A stretch of DNA of 62,640 bases, filler included, from Rhabdomonas costata (Eukaryota), in the NCBI GenBank assembly GCA_019059605.1. It is 45 parts of 45 records of this genome, joined end to end, with 100 filler letters (N's around TTAATTAATTAA, not from the genome) between each part and the next. Parts side by side here need not be neighbours in the genome. Positions count along the whole stretch, not along the records: positions 25,105 to 26,398 come from JAHMHO010020336.1; positions 26,499 to 27,792 come from JAHMHO010020337.1; positions 27,893 to 29,186 come from JAHMHO010020338.1; positions 29,287 to 30,580 come from JAHMHO010020339.1; positions 30,681 to 31,974 come from JAHMHO010020340.1; positions 32,075 to 33,369 come from JAHMHO010020341.1; positions 33,470 to 34,763 come from JAHMHO010020342.1; positions 34,864 to 36,157 come from JAHMHO010020343.1; 37 more parts are not named here. One strand, given 5' to 3'. Shown piece after piece: positions 25,801-38,944 of this stretch (position 1 is its first letter; every line of letters begins with the position of its first letter). A program made the translations under genes and the position numbers. The notes beneath the pieces are model-generated. The model saw nothing but the letters and a program-made list of their open reading frames with translations. It was not told where the DNA came from and ran no database searches.

Positions 25801-28800
25801 GCAGTCCCTCCCCAATGTTTCTTTTGGCCCTTTAGGGTGGAACATCTGCCCGACAACTGCTGGAGGGTCACCGCCACCTACCGCTCTGTCCGCCACGCAG
25901 ACGCCGCTGCGGAGACTGTGCGGGCGGAAGGGAGCAGTGGGGCCCTGCTTGGACAGATCCTCTCCGTGCAAAGAGAGGCGAGAACAGGACCTGCAGAACC
26001 GGCACCTGTAGGTGGGGCACATTCCGAACAACTTGCCGACTCCAATGCGCGTACGGAGGGGTGGCCCCCGCCTTGACGATGATGACGGGGAAGCGTGCTC
26101 TTCATCGCGTTCCTTCCAACAAATTCCCACGGAATAGTCCATCAAATGATCCCCCCCCCCATTTCTCACGTGAAGCGAGAGAATAACCACTTTGCCAAAA
26201 TTTCCAAAAGTGTGGTTCTGGTGGGCAACATAAGCTCGGGTGTGCAACGTAAGGGCAACGTCCGTTGAGCACACAGAGGAGAGCCTGATCTCGTCAGATC
26301 AACTTTGTTCTGTTCTCCTCTGTAATTCCCACTCACCTTCACAATGCGTCCAGTTGAACTGAGCTCCCGACTCAAGCTCCTCTTGATCCAAAAACCCCNN
26401 NNNNNNNNNNNNNNNNNNNNNNNNNNNNNNNNNNNNNNNNNNTTAATTAATTAANNNNNNNNNNNNNNNNNNNNNNNNNNNNNNNNNNNNNNNNNNNNTT
26501 ACAGTTGATGGGAAAGTCGAACGGAAAAGTGACCGGAAGGCACAGGTGTTAGAATCTTACATTTTTTTGGTATGGAAATCTGTTCCATTCAGGGCGCCGA
26601 GCTGTGAAGAAAACATGGAATGAAAGCAAATGCGGCCGGCACTTAATGAGGTCCAAGATCGGATCACCCTCCCACCGCCCTACCACCACTGCTTGATCAC
26701 AGAAATCAGAGAAGATAGTTCTAGTTAGCATGTTGCCAGCCTGGCTTTGGGTGCGATGCAAGGGCCTACGGGTATTTCAATAAATGATTTCCCCTATTAT
26801 CCTCTCCCTTTAAACGGTACGACACGTAAAGGGGGATGGACACACGCGGGCCCACCACGTTATAACGTGCATCATGTTTTATCCCGTCTGCCGGCAGGGG
26901 ACCGGCCGGGGTGTGACGTCTGTCTTTGCACCGCGTCCGGGACATCGTCGAAATGCGGTAACGAAAGCCCCGCCGGTCAAGACGGACTTTTTGCCGTACT
27001 AATTTGCCAAACATGCGACCGTACTTATTGACATTTGGTGTTGAAAAATTGCCCCTGGTGGGCTCGAAACGCATCCAATCAAGACATGTTGCCGCTTTTA
27101 AACAATGGAGGAAGGGTTTTGTAGTGTATTTGCGCCCGGGTAAATTCTGTGTGGACCACTGGCCCACACGTCGGGTACCATTTGTCGGAAAGCTGTGGGG
27201 ACTTTGGGTTTATTGACTTTCGAAATCCGCGCGAATTTTTGCACATTAGCTTCGTTTAACTTCTCGATTGAGTTTTGGCTTGGTTGCGGCCTTTGGCTTG
27301 GAGAATGGGGGTGTCCACGTTGGTATCGGGGGTATCAGAGCCACGACACGATTGCAATATTGACATAATACATTAGTATTATTTTGGGCAACGCCATGCG
27401 ACGCATTGTGTGATGATTTGGTGGGTATTAAGTCAGGAGGCCCGCATAATATCAGGTACAATTTAATTTTTAACCTCAGTAGCATGAAAACGTTGAAAGC
27501 ATATCGAATGCATCGAAGGGCCGAGCGGAATTTTATAGCGTTCCCTGGACTTCGAGTGGACACTCGTGACGTGCTATATTCGAGTTTCTGGATGCAACTT
27601 CCATTTTAATTGCTTAATATGGCCCGCGGCGCTTCAAAAGTAAGAGATGACCGTAGAAAGTTAGCTTGAAAGAATAAACACAACCGAAATGCATTGGAGA
27701 CCAGTTTTTCACATCCCGTTTTAGCGTCTAAGTCCGAAACGCCTGATTTAGAGCACACTTTTGGAAGTTGTGACGGACAATACACAAACACANNNNNNNN
27801 NNNNNNNNNNNNNNNNNNNNNNNNNNNNNNNNNNNNTTAATTAATTAANNNNNNNNNNNNNNNNNNNNNNNNNNNNNNNNNNNNNNNNNNNNGTTGGTTT
27901 TGGGAGGACCACTCTAAGACGCAGCCAGTTCGTAACTCCTCCCTGACGCGGATAATATTGCTCTTGATGGATCTTTTTTGCCATAGGACCGGATGCTGAG
28001 CGCGGGCTATTTTGGTGACACTCTGTTCTCATCCTTTTGGTTCTATCGGAAGGCGATGCAAGATATCGGCATACTCTAAACGAGCGCCAGCCCGGGCTTA
28101 TGTCGTGGGTGGCAGTTGCCCGCCAAGTAAACATATCAGTCAACTTTCAAGCCATGACCCTCCTCATGGCGTAGTCGTAAGCAGCTCCAGTGCGCAGCTC
28201 GCTCCAGCGCAAACCATCTGCAACGGAAATGCAACGGAAACTTCTCGCTCCTTTTCTTTCCCACTGTAGGTTTCTGTTTGGTGTTGAAAGGAAGAAGTAG
28301 AAGATGGATGGAGCGCTTTGAGCGCTGGTGAGAGTACTGCTTTGGCCTCTGCTTTGTTTCTGCTTCCGACCTTCTTTGTGTGGGAAGCAAGGTCATGGCC
28401 TCTTCCAGGGAAGAAGCGATGGACGTGGACAAAGACCTGGATGCTCCACAGGGTGCGCACCACCGGCTCACATTGTTGTGACTCTCTGCCCTTGTCGCAC
28501 CTTCATCGTTTCTATATTCACTTGGAATTCCTATTGGATGCCTGGTGGCAGTACTTTCCTCGATATCTCCAGTCTCCGGCATTGCTAAATTGATGAGAAG
28601 ACGATGAAGACCATGAAGTTATTGTGCGGATATCTCCGCAGCTTTTAGCTGGTTTGCTGGTTTGCAGATGTTTCATGAACCATGTCGTTGTTTTCCTCGG
28701 AATCGCGGGATCCAAACAAAAACGATTCTAACCGATCCACACATACGCACGCATCTGCCGATATAAACTTACCTTGACCACTTCGTTCTTTTGGTGTGTT

Positions 28801-29948
28801 GGGGCTGTGCTTTCAGAGGCCAAGTCTTCCTCTGGGCCGTCCGCACAGAGCTTGTCTCTTCCATGTATGTGTTCACGAGGGGTTTTTTGCTGATTTATTT
28901 ACTCTTCCGTTTTTTTTTTTTTGCTAAATTTCTTTTGGACAACCTGTCCCTCAAAGGTACATTGCCATTATATTTTCTTTGGCACCCCAAAAAGTCACAA
29001 CTGAAAAAGTGTGGACCACGTCAGGCTTTTTGGACTTGCGAGCTATTCTTCCACTTTCATCTTTTGTTCTTGCTGTTGATGTGACGCGGTAGCCTGCTGC
29101 GTGCGGCGACAACAGAAAAACAAAAAGCAGCGGAAAACATAATTTGCTATTCCTTCTCACCCCACCCCCAAACACACCACCAACAANNNNNNNNNNNNNN
29201 NNNNNNNNNNNNNNNNNNNNNNNNNNNNNNTTAATTAATTAANNNNNNNNNNNNNNNNNNNNNNNNNNNNNNNNNNNNNNNNNNNNGTGGTGGGTGTGTG
29301 TGGGTTGGGGGGGAGGGACGTCTCTACGCTGTGATGTGCGGCGTACATTTGTGCATATTGCGGGTTGGGAGTTTGAAGGAGCCGTTAGGCTTTGGGGACA
29401 GCCGTTAGGCCGTTTGTGTGGACACGCAGTCGCTTGTGCAGTCGAAAGTTCGAAAGAGAACGGTGGAGTCCATCACGCCGACTATGCGAGATTCAGAGTT
29501 TAAGTACTAGAGCCCGCGTGGCACGAATCTGCCCGGCTCTGCAACAACAGAAGAAAATGCAGTGATTGTGAAAGGTGAAGCCCAATTTACAAGGGAAAGG
29601 GCGCAAAGGGTCCCCGGGTGGTGGAGAAAAAAGAAAAAGTACATTTTGTCGTGCCCCGTGTGCATGTCGTGTGTATCGTCGCGTCTATCGCAGAGAGGTG
29701 TTGTAGACCACCCGTTCAACGGCGCCTGGGAAACACATGTATTCGGTCGGGAATAGCTGGGGGCCGAATCCTGGTCGCTGCTGCTTGCCCCGTAGTTGAG
29801 ATCGCCCTCTCGAGTTCTCGAGTTCGACGCAAAGGCGAAACTATACTGGGTGCGCAATCGACGATGCAGTGGGTATTGCATTGTTGAGCACATGATCTGT
29901 TTGTCCGGTTCACATCTCTCTCTGATTCTCATTTCTTCGTGCCAAAAG

Positions 29949-30057
29949 GAGGAGATCACGGTGGTCAGCTCCGCAAAGGTTACCCTGCATGGCTACTTCC
30001 TGCACCAGGAGAATCCCACCGCTGCCCCCACAGTCGTGTATTTCCACGGCAATGCAG
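29949..30057 (+). CDS. Alpha/beta hydrolase, ABHD13/Bem46-like, internal exon
   Basis: EEITVVSSAKVTLHGYFLHQENPTAAPTVVYFHGNAG matches the family motif TxxYFHGNAGN; donor is G|GCAAGT. Confidence 0.75.
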
Positions 30058-30682
30058 GCAAGTCTTTTTTCTTTGTATTTCTTTCGGGCACATGCACATA
30101 CACACACCAGCTGATGGAACACTGCAGGCACTGCAGGTACGCCCACTAATATGTATTCCATTTTCATCGGATGGGGATAGATGGGTGGTGCTGAAAACGT
30201 GTTATGGAGACGTGACGAGCAGCCATCATCTGCCTTTCCGCTTTTGGCTGTCGTTCTTTCTTCTTTCATCCCTCTCTTTCCAACATTTATCCTAATTCAA
30301 AACAGCACGCAGATCAGCGCAGTTGGTGGGATAATTTTGTGCGTCGTTTTGAACCTTGAAAAGAGTGCAGCGCTTTCCGACCCAATGCGGCGTTTAGCAT
30401 GCAAGTATTGTGTGTGAATGGGCCAGTCGCTCAGCGGGCGTGCGCGCAGCGCTCTCACAAATACGCCCCTCCCCCACCCCACAAGGGCAGTATTAAGCAC
30501 CGTATCGAAAGGGTAAGGATAAGACGAGTACTTAAAGTAGTTAGCGTCGGCCAAGGGAATCGCACCTCTTACCCACCCACNNNNNNNNNNNNNNNNNNNN
30601 NNNNNNNNNNNNNNNNNNNNNNNNTTAATTAATTAANNNNNNNNNNNNNNNNNNNNNNNNNNNNNNNNNNNNNNNNNNNNGG

Positions 30683-31972
30683 GTTGTTGTTCCTGAATGG
30701 GAGGATGTCCTTTTGCAAAAGCTGGGTAACAGTTGCGGATTTTCTGGTTTGATCGATCTTGGGTTTACCAGAGTTGCTACCACGCAAAGCCTTACTCTTG
30801 AGGTATTCTTTGCTCCGGAATGTGTTCCTACGAATGGTGCTGCCTCGACGTGTCTCGGAAGTCCAAAGGCGTCTTTCAGAAGCACCGCTTCCATATCGGC
30901 GAGCAGCAGCGTCATTACTCAGGGACCTTCGCCACGAATGCCGGATGTGTACACGCGTCTGTCCAATTGCCGCATAGAAGTTGATATTCGTGGGGACTCA
31001 TGTCGGCACCTTCAGAAGCTGTTGCAGCATTATTCTTCCCACTCCGCAGCAGTTTTGCAGTTGGCGGTGCGGGAAGCATTTGACCCATCTGTGGAGGCTG
31101 TGTTAAAGGATCAAAAGATGCAGAAAATAAAGGAGTTGATTGACCAAGCCCTTCATATGCCCTTAGCCCAATCCACGAGTCTGGTGTCACCCAACCTACA
31201 GCCAACTGGTGATCCTTCCGAAGCTCACGAGGCCGGTTTTGACGTGGTTACCTTTTCTGAGGACCTTCCACGATCCCCCGGAAGGTGCTCCAGTGTCTTC
31301 GTTGGGGACTGTGCGGAGGACCTTTCCCCTGTGATTTTGGATGATTACATCAGTCTCACTTCCACTTCCGGTGATCTGCGGGGTCGAGGAGAATCCTTGC
31401 TTGAAGAGTCCACAGTTCTTCGATCATCGTCTCCCTCAGATCCCGAATGCATAGCGGTCTCATGGCAACCTGAGAGCGATGGAAGATCTGCTGCAGCCTC
31501 CTATTTTCCTGAGCGCGGGGAACTCACCACAGACTACATTGACCTTGGCGGTGCCGCAAGGTCAGGCCAGCCAGCGAGAGGGAAAAAGTTTTCATCACCG
31601 CCCATGCCTTTCTCAAGCTTCAGAGTATCTGACGCTCCAAAGGCTATATTGCATCAGACAAAGATCAACTTTGAGATGTTTGAAAACTTTTTTACTGCCT
31701 TCGACTCTCGAGACGACACCTCTGAGCTTCTGTTGTACACTGACATGTCTCTTCCTCACATAGTTGTTGATGTCTCTCTAGATTCCGTTAGTGTGCGACT
31801 TCATGGTGGAAAAGACTTCTCTGAAGCCATTAGTAATCAGCAGCCACCGTGTCCACAACAGATACCCTCCCCATTTTTATTGGACCGCCTCCAGTCGTTT
31901 GGACCTTCTGCTGAATCAGGGATTGACCAAGACCAAGACCAACACCAAGACCAAGACTCCAGACCTGACCAA
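30683..31972 (+). CDS. ATG2: Autophagy lipid-transfer protein ATG2-like, one long internal exon filling the contig
   Basis: 430 uninterrupted codons; GLIDLG, IEVDIRGDSCRHLQKLLQHY (like TCxDSCxxLxxLxQY) and VSVRLHGGKDF (like WHLYGGKDF) occur in ATG2 order; DQ repeat near the end. Confidence 0.55.
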
Positions 31973-32074
31973 AANNNNNNNNNNNNNNNNNNNNNNNNNN
32001 NNNNNNNNNNNNNNNNNNTTAATTAATTAANNNNNNNNNNNNNNNNNNNNNNNNNNNNNNNNNNNNNNNNNNNN

Positions 32075-33069
32075 AAGGGCACGGAGATTCTGGAGGTTCC
32101 TCCTGGGCAGAACCTGGAGGACACTGTGCTGCAGATCCACGCGTTGAACCCAGAGCAGCGGCCGTTTTACGTGGTGGACCTTGCGGTGTGCAGTTGCCCC
32201 GGCACCGCCATGTGCTGATGTGTGGCACCAGCGCATCTGTTAGCTCATTCGAAAATTGTGTTTGTGTGTGTGGCGCACGAAGACGGGCGAAAGAGCCGAA
32301 GAGTAATCTTTCCCTTTCTTTCCCTTGAAGAGACTGGATCGTGGGGGGGGGGGATTTAGCTGCTTAGCTGCGTTTGTTTTGCAACCCTCAAGCCTTCCAT
32401 TGGGGAGGATCGTTTGGATTAAAAGCCTATGTGGTGGGGTTGGGTACCGAAATCAGCAACCCGTCAGCTTTACTTCAAGGGTTTTGTGATCAGTTTGCGA
32501 GGTCCTTTTAGCCTCTTGCCTGAATTGTGTTGTCTTTCTCTTACTTCCCACATCGCTTCACAACGCAGGACCGCCTGACTTTATTCTTTGACTTAGGGAC
32601 ACTTGTGTCTGTTTGTTCGTGTTTGTGTCTGTTTGTGCGATGTAAAGACAGAAAAGAAACACACACACACACACACACACTCTCTCGTGAAGGAGGACTT
32701 TGACTTTGACTTTCGATGTATGCTGTCGAAATCTCGGGGCGTCCTGTTGCACTTTTTCGTCCTATTCTGCCTCCACGTTCGGGTTTTTTCTAAAGTTGCT
32801 CTCGTTGAGTTGCACCATCATAACCCGACTTGCACCACCGAACCAGTGCATCTCTGTTCTTCTCCTTGAACGTCGGCGGCTCCTGTGGCGACGGTTTCCA
32901 CAGGTTCCCGTTCGGATGTATGAGACGTGGTGCCGGCTTCTGCCCCGGGTCAAGCCCCACTACGCCGTGAAGTGCAATCCAGACAAGGGCATCGTCGCAG
33001 CTCTCGCGGCGTGCGGGTGCTGCTTCGACTGCGCCTCGCCATTTGAGTTCGAGCGCGTTCTTGGCGTTG
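32075..33069 (+). CDS. ODC: Ornithine decarboxylase, partial; exons 32075-32185 and 32904-33069
   Basis: PFYVVDLA|VPVRMYETWCRLLPRVKPHYAVKCNPD...GCCFDCAS carries the PLP-lysine motif YAVKCN and FDCAS; phase-0 GT-AG intron. Confidence 0.92.
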
Positions 33070-33476
33070 GTCCGTTTCCACCCCTTTCTGTGATAGCTCA
33101 CTCTCTCCAGCTCTCTCACATCTCTTATATAACCCGCGTCCATCATCCCCTCACCCCGCACCCCGCACATCCAGAATCCCGACCCATCCTCCGATTTCAG
33201 ACGCGAAGCATCCAAACGAAAAGTCGACCTCCCACACTTGCAAAGAACCTCACGGAGAGGGTCCAAGGCAGGTAGAGGCGGTGCCTTGCTGGTGATGACC
33301 CAACCACTCCACCAAAGTCGAAACGCAAGCAGGCACTAAAAAGCAATTCACAGAGAGCTGTTACTCGCTNNNNNNNNNNNNNNNNNNNNNNNNNNNNNNN
33401 NNNNNNNNNNNNNTTAATTAATTAANNNNNNNNNNNNNNNNNNNNNNNNNNNNNNNNNNNNNNNNNNNNGTTTTGG

Positions 33477-33551
33477 TGTCCCTGGTGTGCCTGGTGTGCT
33501 GCAGCCACACCAGCCACACCAGACTGCAGCACACCAGGCACACCAGGGACA
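33477..33551. repeat. Perfect 28-bp inverted repeat with a 19-nt spacer
   Basis: tgtccctggtgtgcctggtgtgctgcag (33477-33504) and ctgcagcacaccaggcacaccagggaca (33524-33551) are exact reverse complements. Confidence 0.95.
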
Positions 33552-33599
33552 GGAAAATCCGAAACCACTGTTGGATTGCTGGGTGAGTGAATTGCAGGA

Positions 33600-34100
33600 C
33601 CCCTTGAGCTGCGAGATGGGGGGTGAACATGCCGCCCGTGGTGGTCCTCATCCGCGTGTTGGGTTAACACTTCACTGCTGGAGAGGCCTGCGACGGGGAA
33701 AACCGGTCCAGCAAAATTCAGCCACTGCACGGATCGCCAAAACGATAATAGCCCAAATCTTTCGTCCGTTCCGATGCTTCACTCTTGCTGGCTGTTGTCC
33801 CCGTGGCTTTGAAACTTCAAAAAACAGCCCAAACCACTAGCAGGTAATATAACGATGCGGGTAATATAACCATCCACACACCAACGCACCAAACGCTGTG
33901 AGAAAACCAAATCTCATCTCCAGACCTCAGCAAAAACTGCTTCCAGCAAAAAAAAGGTCGACCAGAATCCCATCTTATCTGGAGGAAGGTCCCGCATATT
34001 TCTACTTTTGGCGGCGGGGGAGGAGAGGGAAAACTGGAGGCGAGGGGAAACTTACGAGCAGCTTTGATCATATCCAGAATGGCCTTGTCCACGGCATACA
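33600..34100 (-). mobile_element. Possible decayed non-LTR retrotransposon reverse transcriptase, N-terminal subdomains
   Basis: KYAGPSSR*DGILVDLF (like KAPGPDGI), then AVFEVSKPRGQQPARVKH...RKIWAIIVL (like IPKxxxP...KI) in the right order; stops and frameshifts. Confidence 0.3.
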
Positions 34101-35817
34101 GCTTGGTGGATTCCGTGGTTATGAGAAAGGGACTGTTTCCCACGTCGCTGATCACACCCTGCGGAGAATGTTGCACAAAAACCCAGCTCTCGCGGTTTTC
34201 TAAAAAAAAAGGTGGAGTCAAAGGGGCCTACTCCCACATGCATTATATGCATTATTTCACTGCATCTCGCAGGCAGGCTTACACAGGTTCAGCCATCTGT
34301 GCTTGACCACCGGCTTCACTGCTGCCTCGATCTCGTCGCCACTCGAATTTAAAAAGGTGAAGCCTAGACCCCACAAACTGCGTTCCAGCTGCTCAGCATT
34401 CAAGCAGGTGACTCCCTTACTGATCTATACACAACCCTTTCGCATGATTGGATTGCGGTTTCGTTGCTGAGTACCCCAAGCAAGTACGGTGGGGAACCTC
34501 CACAGCGGTGCCAAGAGGTACAAAGACAAGAGCAATACCACTCAAGGACATCTTCAGCGTGACCGAGTCATGTCCAGAATTAAGAGATCACATTTGATTG
34601 ATGAGAAGGGACCTTGCCCATGGCGCTGCTTCTATTACTCTCTCTTGCTCAATAATAAGAGTCCTGCAACCACAAATTTTCTAAGCACTACCCGATATGG
34701 TCACTACTGGCACCCCCCACCGTCAACTGGTGTTGATAAACGAACGAATCACGCACGAAACACNNNNNNNNNNNNNNNNNNNNNNNNNNNNNNNNNNNNN
34801 NNNNNNNTTAATTAATTAANNNNNNNNNNNNNNNNNNNNNNNNNNNNNNNNNNNNNNNNNNNNCAGAGCAACTCCGTGGGGGAGAGGGGGGGACGGAGTC
34901 TCCCGGTCCTTCTTCGCATCGCAAGCTGTGCGTGAATGGGACGCTGGAGAAGGCTTCCTCGTAGAAGGCGTGTAGCTCGGCAGTCTTGGCCGCACGGTAG
35001 GCCTCTGTGGTGGGAAAGTCTGCCCGGCGGACCGTCGCCCTGGGTACTACCGGGGCAGGCTCGTAGGGAAGTACAAGATGCACCACGCCTTGCGGAGGCG
35101 CGGAGGAGGAGGACGTGGTGGCGGTGGTGGTTGTGCAAGCGCAGCACATTTTGAAAGATCCCGAAAAAGCTGGAGGGGATAGTAGTAAACGACAATGGAA
35201 TCCAAAAATCGATACTCGGCATACTCTGTATACCAGGTAGGGCAAACCTGAAGATTGAGTTGTAAAATACTGGGTCAGCACCCCGAACCTGAAACTGAGG
35301 GTTGTCGGCAGGCCGCGAGGAAGCGCAAAAAAAGACACTGCTCACCGGCCTGGAGGGATGAAATTATAAACAAGAGGGGTCGGCGTCTTTGAGCCTTGCT
35401 CTGTACACCGCCACCGGGTGAAGAGCCAGTAGCAACAAATGAACCGCGCGGGTACCGTGGAGTTTGCTTGTGTTCCTCTGCATTGCAGTGCGACCAAACC
35501 AATCGCAACACCTCTTCCCAGGGCCCCAGGACTCTTCACCGCGTATCCTGTTCACAATGGACCATGGACCAACACACACGCTGTGCCCACGTTGCTCCTG
35601 CCGCCTACACATGCACAATTTACACTTTAAGGATGCAAGTCCCTGAAGGGTCACAGGAACAATGAATAGCAACCCCCCGATACCACCCCTTCTGCCTCGG
35701 CGCAGGCGAAGTGACGGAGTGGGAAGGGGGGCGGGGAGAGGGATTCACAGGGGCTCCTGCAAGGCAAGGGCTACCCTCCCCCTTCCCCCGTCGCGGGTTC
35801 TACGATGCGATGTAAAC

Positions 35818-35898
35818 CATAGTGACTTTGTCCGGGTTGTGAGGGAAGTTGGCCTCGACCTCACGGATGTGGAACCGAGACAGCGGGGGAAACAGCAC
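35818..35898 (-). CDS. 81-nt exon resembling the ADP-ribosyltransferase (ART) strand that follows the catalytic ExE
   Basis: CAG|VLFPPLSRFHIREVEANFPHNPDKVTM|GT resembles (ExE)VLFPPxSxFxV; the catalytic Glu would lie in the previous exon, which I could not identify. Confidence 0.35.
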
Positions 35899-36572
35899 CT
35901 GGAAAGGCCCCCATGGGTTACCACTCACATTCGCACACAAACACAAACACATGCTCAAACACCAGACAACATCAAAGGTTACGAGCTCAATTCAATCAAT
36001 GCCCAGCACCGCATACAGGTTCCTTTCACCCTCGGCCCCTATGTGCCTGGTAATTTTTGTTGCCCCCCCCCCCTCACACACCTTCTTGTGGAGGTTTTTC
36101 GATGACAACTCACCGCGTATTGACACACGCACCCAAACCCCCAAACACACCCACCACNNNNNNNNNNNNNNNNNNNNNNNNNNNNNNNNNNNNNNNNNNN
36201 NTTAATTAATTAANNNNNNNNNNNNNNNNNNNNNNNNNNNNNNNNNNNNNNNNNNNNAAAGAAGATGCACCGGTATCGGGAAAGGGTGTCGAGCGGTGGC
36301 AGTGATTTTTTGTTTTCGATTTCCTAAGGGTACTTAAGGGTACCTCACGAATCCAGGCGATACCTTGGGGCTGCTGCCTCTCTCCCTTTGCACTGGTCTC
36401 CACATTTGTCAATTGGATTCGGCAAGGTGGGCGGGTGGTGGGATGGGAGGCCAAAATGCATTGCTGTGCTGAAGGTTTGTTGCCGCTCATGCTCAACCAA
36501 AGCCGGATGTTGTTGTATTGGTAGAGGAATGTTCGTCTCCAGTCCGTCTGCATCCTCATGTGCGTTGTGCAG

Positions 36573-37133
36573 GCCTCCAAGGTGTTCATCACCAGTTTTG
36601 AAGCTCCCGATCCTGGGAACGAGGCAAGCGCTGCTGCGCTCCGTGAAAGATTCGTGCCTGATCCCTCAGAGCGAGCCCGGCTCTGCAACGAAGGGGAGGA
36701 AGACCAGGACTTCGATGAGGACATTGACGGTGACCGGCACCCCCCAGCTCTACCGTCCGTTGATTTGAGCTTGCCGCGAGAATTGGGCACAAAAACAATC
36801 CCTGCTCCACCCTGTGGTAGGAGCTGCCCACCGCTGCAGTACAACTTTGAGGAACTGGATCAGTATAGCCCTCTGCCTGATAATAGCGCAGTGAGCTCTG
36901 TGCCGCCCCCAACCCCTGGAAATGATGGGGAAGAGAGCGAAGGCAATGACTCCAGGGGTGATTGTGGTGGGGGCTTCCCTGGCAGTATACGTGCCAAGTT
37001 GAGGAGGATCTATGGGATGGCACAGGAAAAGGGGACAGACTCTGATCCTGATTTAGGTCCTGCAGAGGAACAACCCGGGCTTACGGCAACGTCGCCTGCT
37101 TCGCAGGACTGGAATTGCTACACTTTTGACTGA
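36573..37133 (+). CDS. Terminal exon of an unknown acidic, low-complexity protein
   Basis: Long open frame after a TGCAG acceptor, ending YTFD*, followed by a pyrimidine-rich tract. Confidence 0.5.
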   Translation, partial: ASKVFITSFEAPDPGNEASAAALRERFVPDPSERARLCNEGEEDQDFDEDIDGDRHPPALPSVDLSLPRELGTKTIPAPPCGRSCPPLQYNFEELDQYSPLPDNSAVSSVPPPTPGNDGEESEGNDSRGDCGGGFPGSIRAKLRRIYGMAQEKGTDSDPDLGPAEEQPGLTATSPASQDWNCYTFD

Positions 37134-38062
37134 AGGAAGCTTCCGCACTCGTGCCTTTCCTTTTTTTGCAGAGCTGCGTGCTTCTTCTTCTTCTTTTTTT
37201 TTTGCTCAGCTGCTTGTTTCTCTCTCTCTCTCTCTCTAATACAATACTCCTACGCAAATCAGCTAGAATGGTGGCCGTCAGCTAACAGGATGTGTAGGCG
37301 CCCTACCTACCCTCTGATTCTTTTGTGGAACATAGGAGGGTGGTGATTGATGGACACATTACTTCCCGACAGGGCGTTGTTGCAATTTGGCAACCAACGA
37401 TTCCGTTCTACTCCGCTCATCTTCGTTCTCTTGCTTCGTTTTCCTGTGCTCTTCACACGTCTCCATTGGGTTTGGAGGAACCTCTTTACCCCATGTGAGG
37501 GTTTCTTCCGACCTGCCACCACCACTCACCCACCGACCACCCCAACCCACCNNNNNNNNNNNNNNNNNNNNNNNNNNNNNNNNNNNNNNNNNNNNTTAAT
37601 TAATTAANNNNNNNNNNNNNNNNNNNNNNNNNNNNNNNNNNNNNNNNNNNNACTGGGATAGTTCGGCGAAAGATCGATTGTTGTGCGTTGTGCCTTCCCT
37701 TCGCTTTGCACTAACCTTATGAAGCTCTTCTGCCGTCCAAATGTCCAAATGTTCATTGTTATGCGAATGCCCACCGGAGCTCTGTGTCGAGAGCGTATGA
37801 CGTGTGACGTATGGATATAGATCAATTAGTCGTGGCCCGAAAGAAATTCCAAGTCCAGTCAGGAATTGGAGATGTTCAGTAAAGTCCAGGATGGGCACTA
37901 GGGGGGTTTTGGCAGTCATCGCGTTTCCATTTGAATGTTGTTCGGAATTCCTGCCCCCAAGCACCAGTCTCCTTGTGCAAGTCTCATTTCCGCCACAAGC
38001 GCAGCACCATCGGCACACCATGTACCAGTACCCACCTCCGCCCGTCACCTGTGTTATTTCAG

Positions 38063-38139
38063 TACTGACGGACGACGCGGTGGCTTTGCAGCCCACTCTA
38101 TTTGTTGGGGTGCCTCGGGTGTACCAGCGCATCCATCAG
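38063..38139 (+). CDS. Long-chain acyl-CoA synthetase, internal exon
   Basis: LTDDAVALQPTLFVGVPRVYQRIHQ matches the ACSL motif DDxxxLxPTxFxxVPRVxxRI; TTTCAG and GT boundaries. Confidence 0.8.
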
Positions 38140-38821
38140 GTGCCCGTGCCCGTGGCTTGCCGCCCAATTCGGGGCACACATACACACAAGCACTGAGCAT
38201 TCAGAGAGAACAGAGACACAGAGCAGGAGAGGCCGACCGCAGGAAAGAGAACCCCGACACTCCCAGGGGCGAGACATGAAAGCCGCAGCCGAAAGCAGGT
38301 GGAAGACGAGCACGTGTGCCCCAGGAGTGCGATGCTGGCACGGGATATCATGCAAGTTCCAACGGTGTCCCTTTGTGCACCCGAGGGAGGAGCACCTAGA
38401 ACAGACCCGCGCAGAGACGGACCCAATGCGCAGAAGAACAAGCGGACCGAGCATCGCAAGAAATCAAAGCCCACTTATGCTAGGGCCAACGGGAAGCTAA
38501 AGTATTCGCAGACGCACCAGGGCAAAGGTGTCAGTAAGACACCTCGAGGAACCGGAGGCTCAGCGGAAGAGGGCAGGAATAGCCCGCAACGATAGAGCGA
38601 GGTGCCGGCACGGCGACGCCTGTAGAAACCGGTGCTGCCCGTTCGCCCATCCGAAAGAAAGCCCCAAGGGCCGTTCCCGCGAGAAAAGACCCTAGCCCCA
38701 CAAGGAAGGAGTGTGGGGTCGCAAAGACCTGAGCCGCAATGGAGCAATGCAGGTAGCCGCTGGAAAGGAGCAGCTGCCCGGGACCCATGGGCTGAAGGGA
38801 GGTTACCAGATGTGGAACCTA

Positions 38822-38944
38822 CGGCGGTGAGCCGGTTTCGGTTCCCCACGGCACTGTTCGCTCCAACGGCTCCTCTCGCGAGCACCCGTGGCCAACAGCG
38901 CGTGCGCCAGTCAGTCCACAGTGGTCACCACCAACCGGTCAACC
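38822..38944 (+). repeat. Dispersed repeat, copy 2 (matches the reverse complement of 15121-15243)
   Basis: Direct ungapped alignment by eye. Confidence 0.9.
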
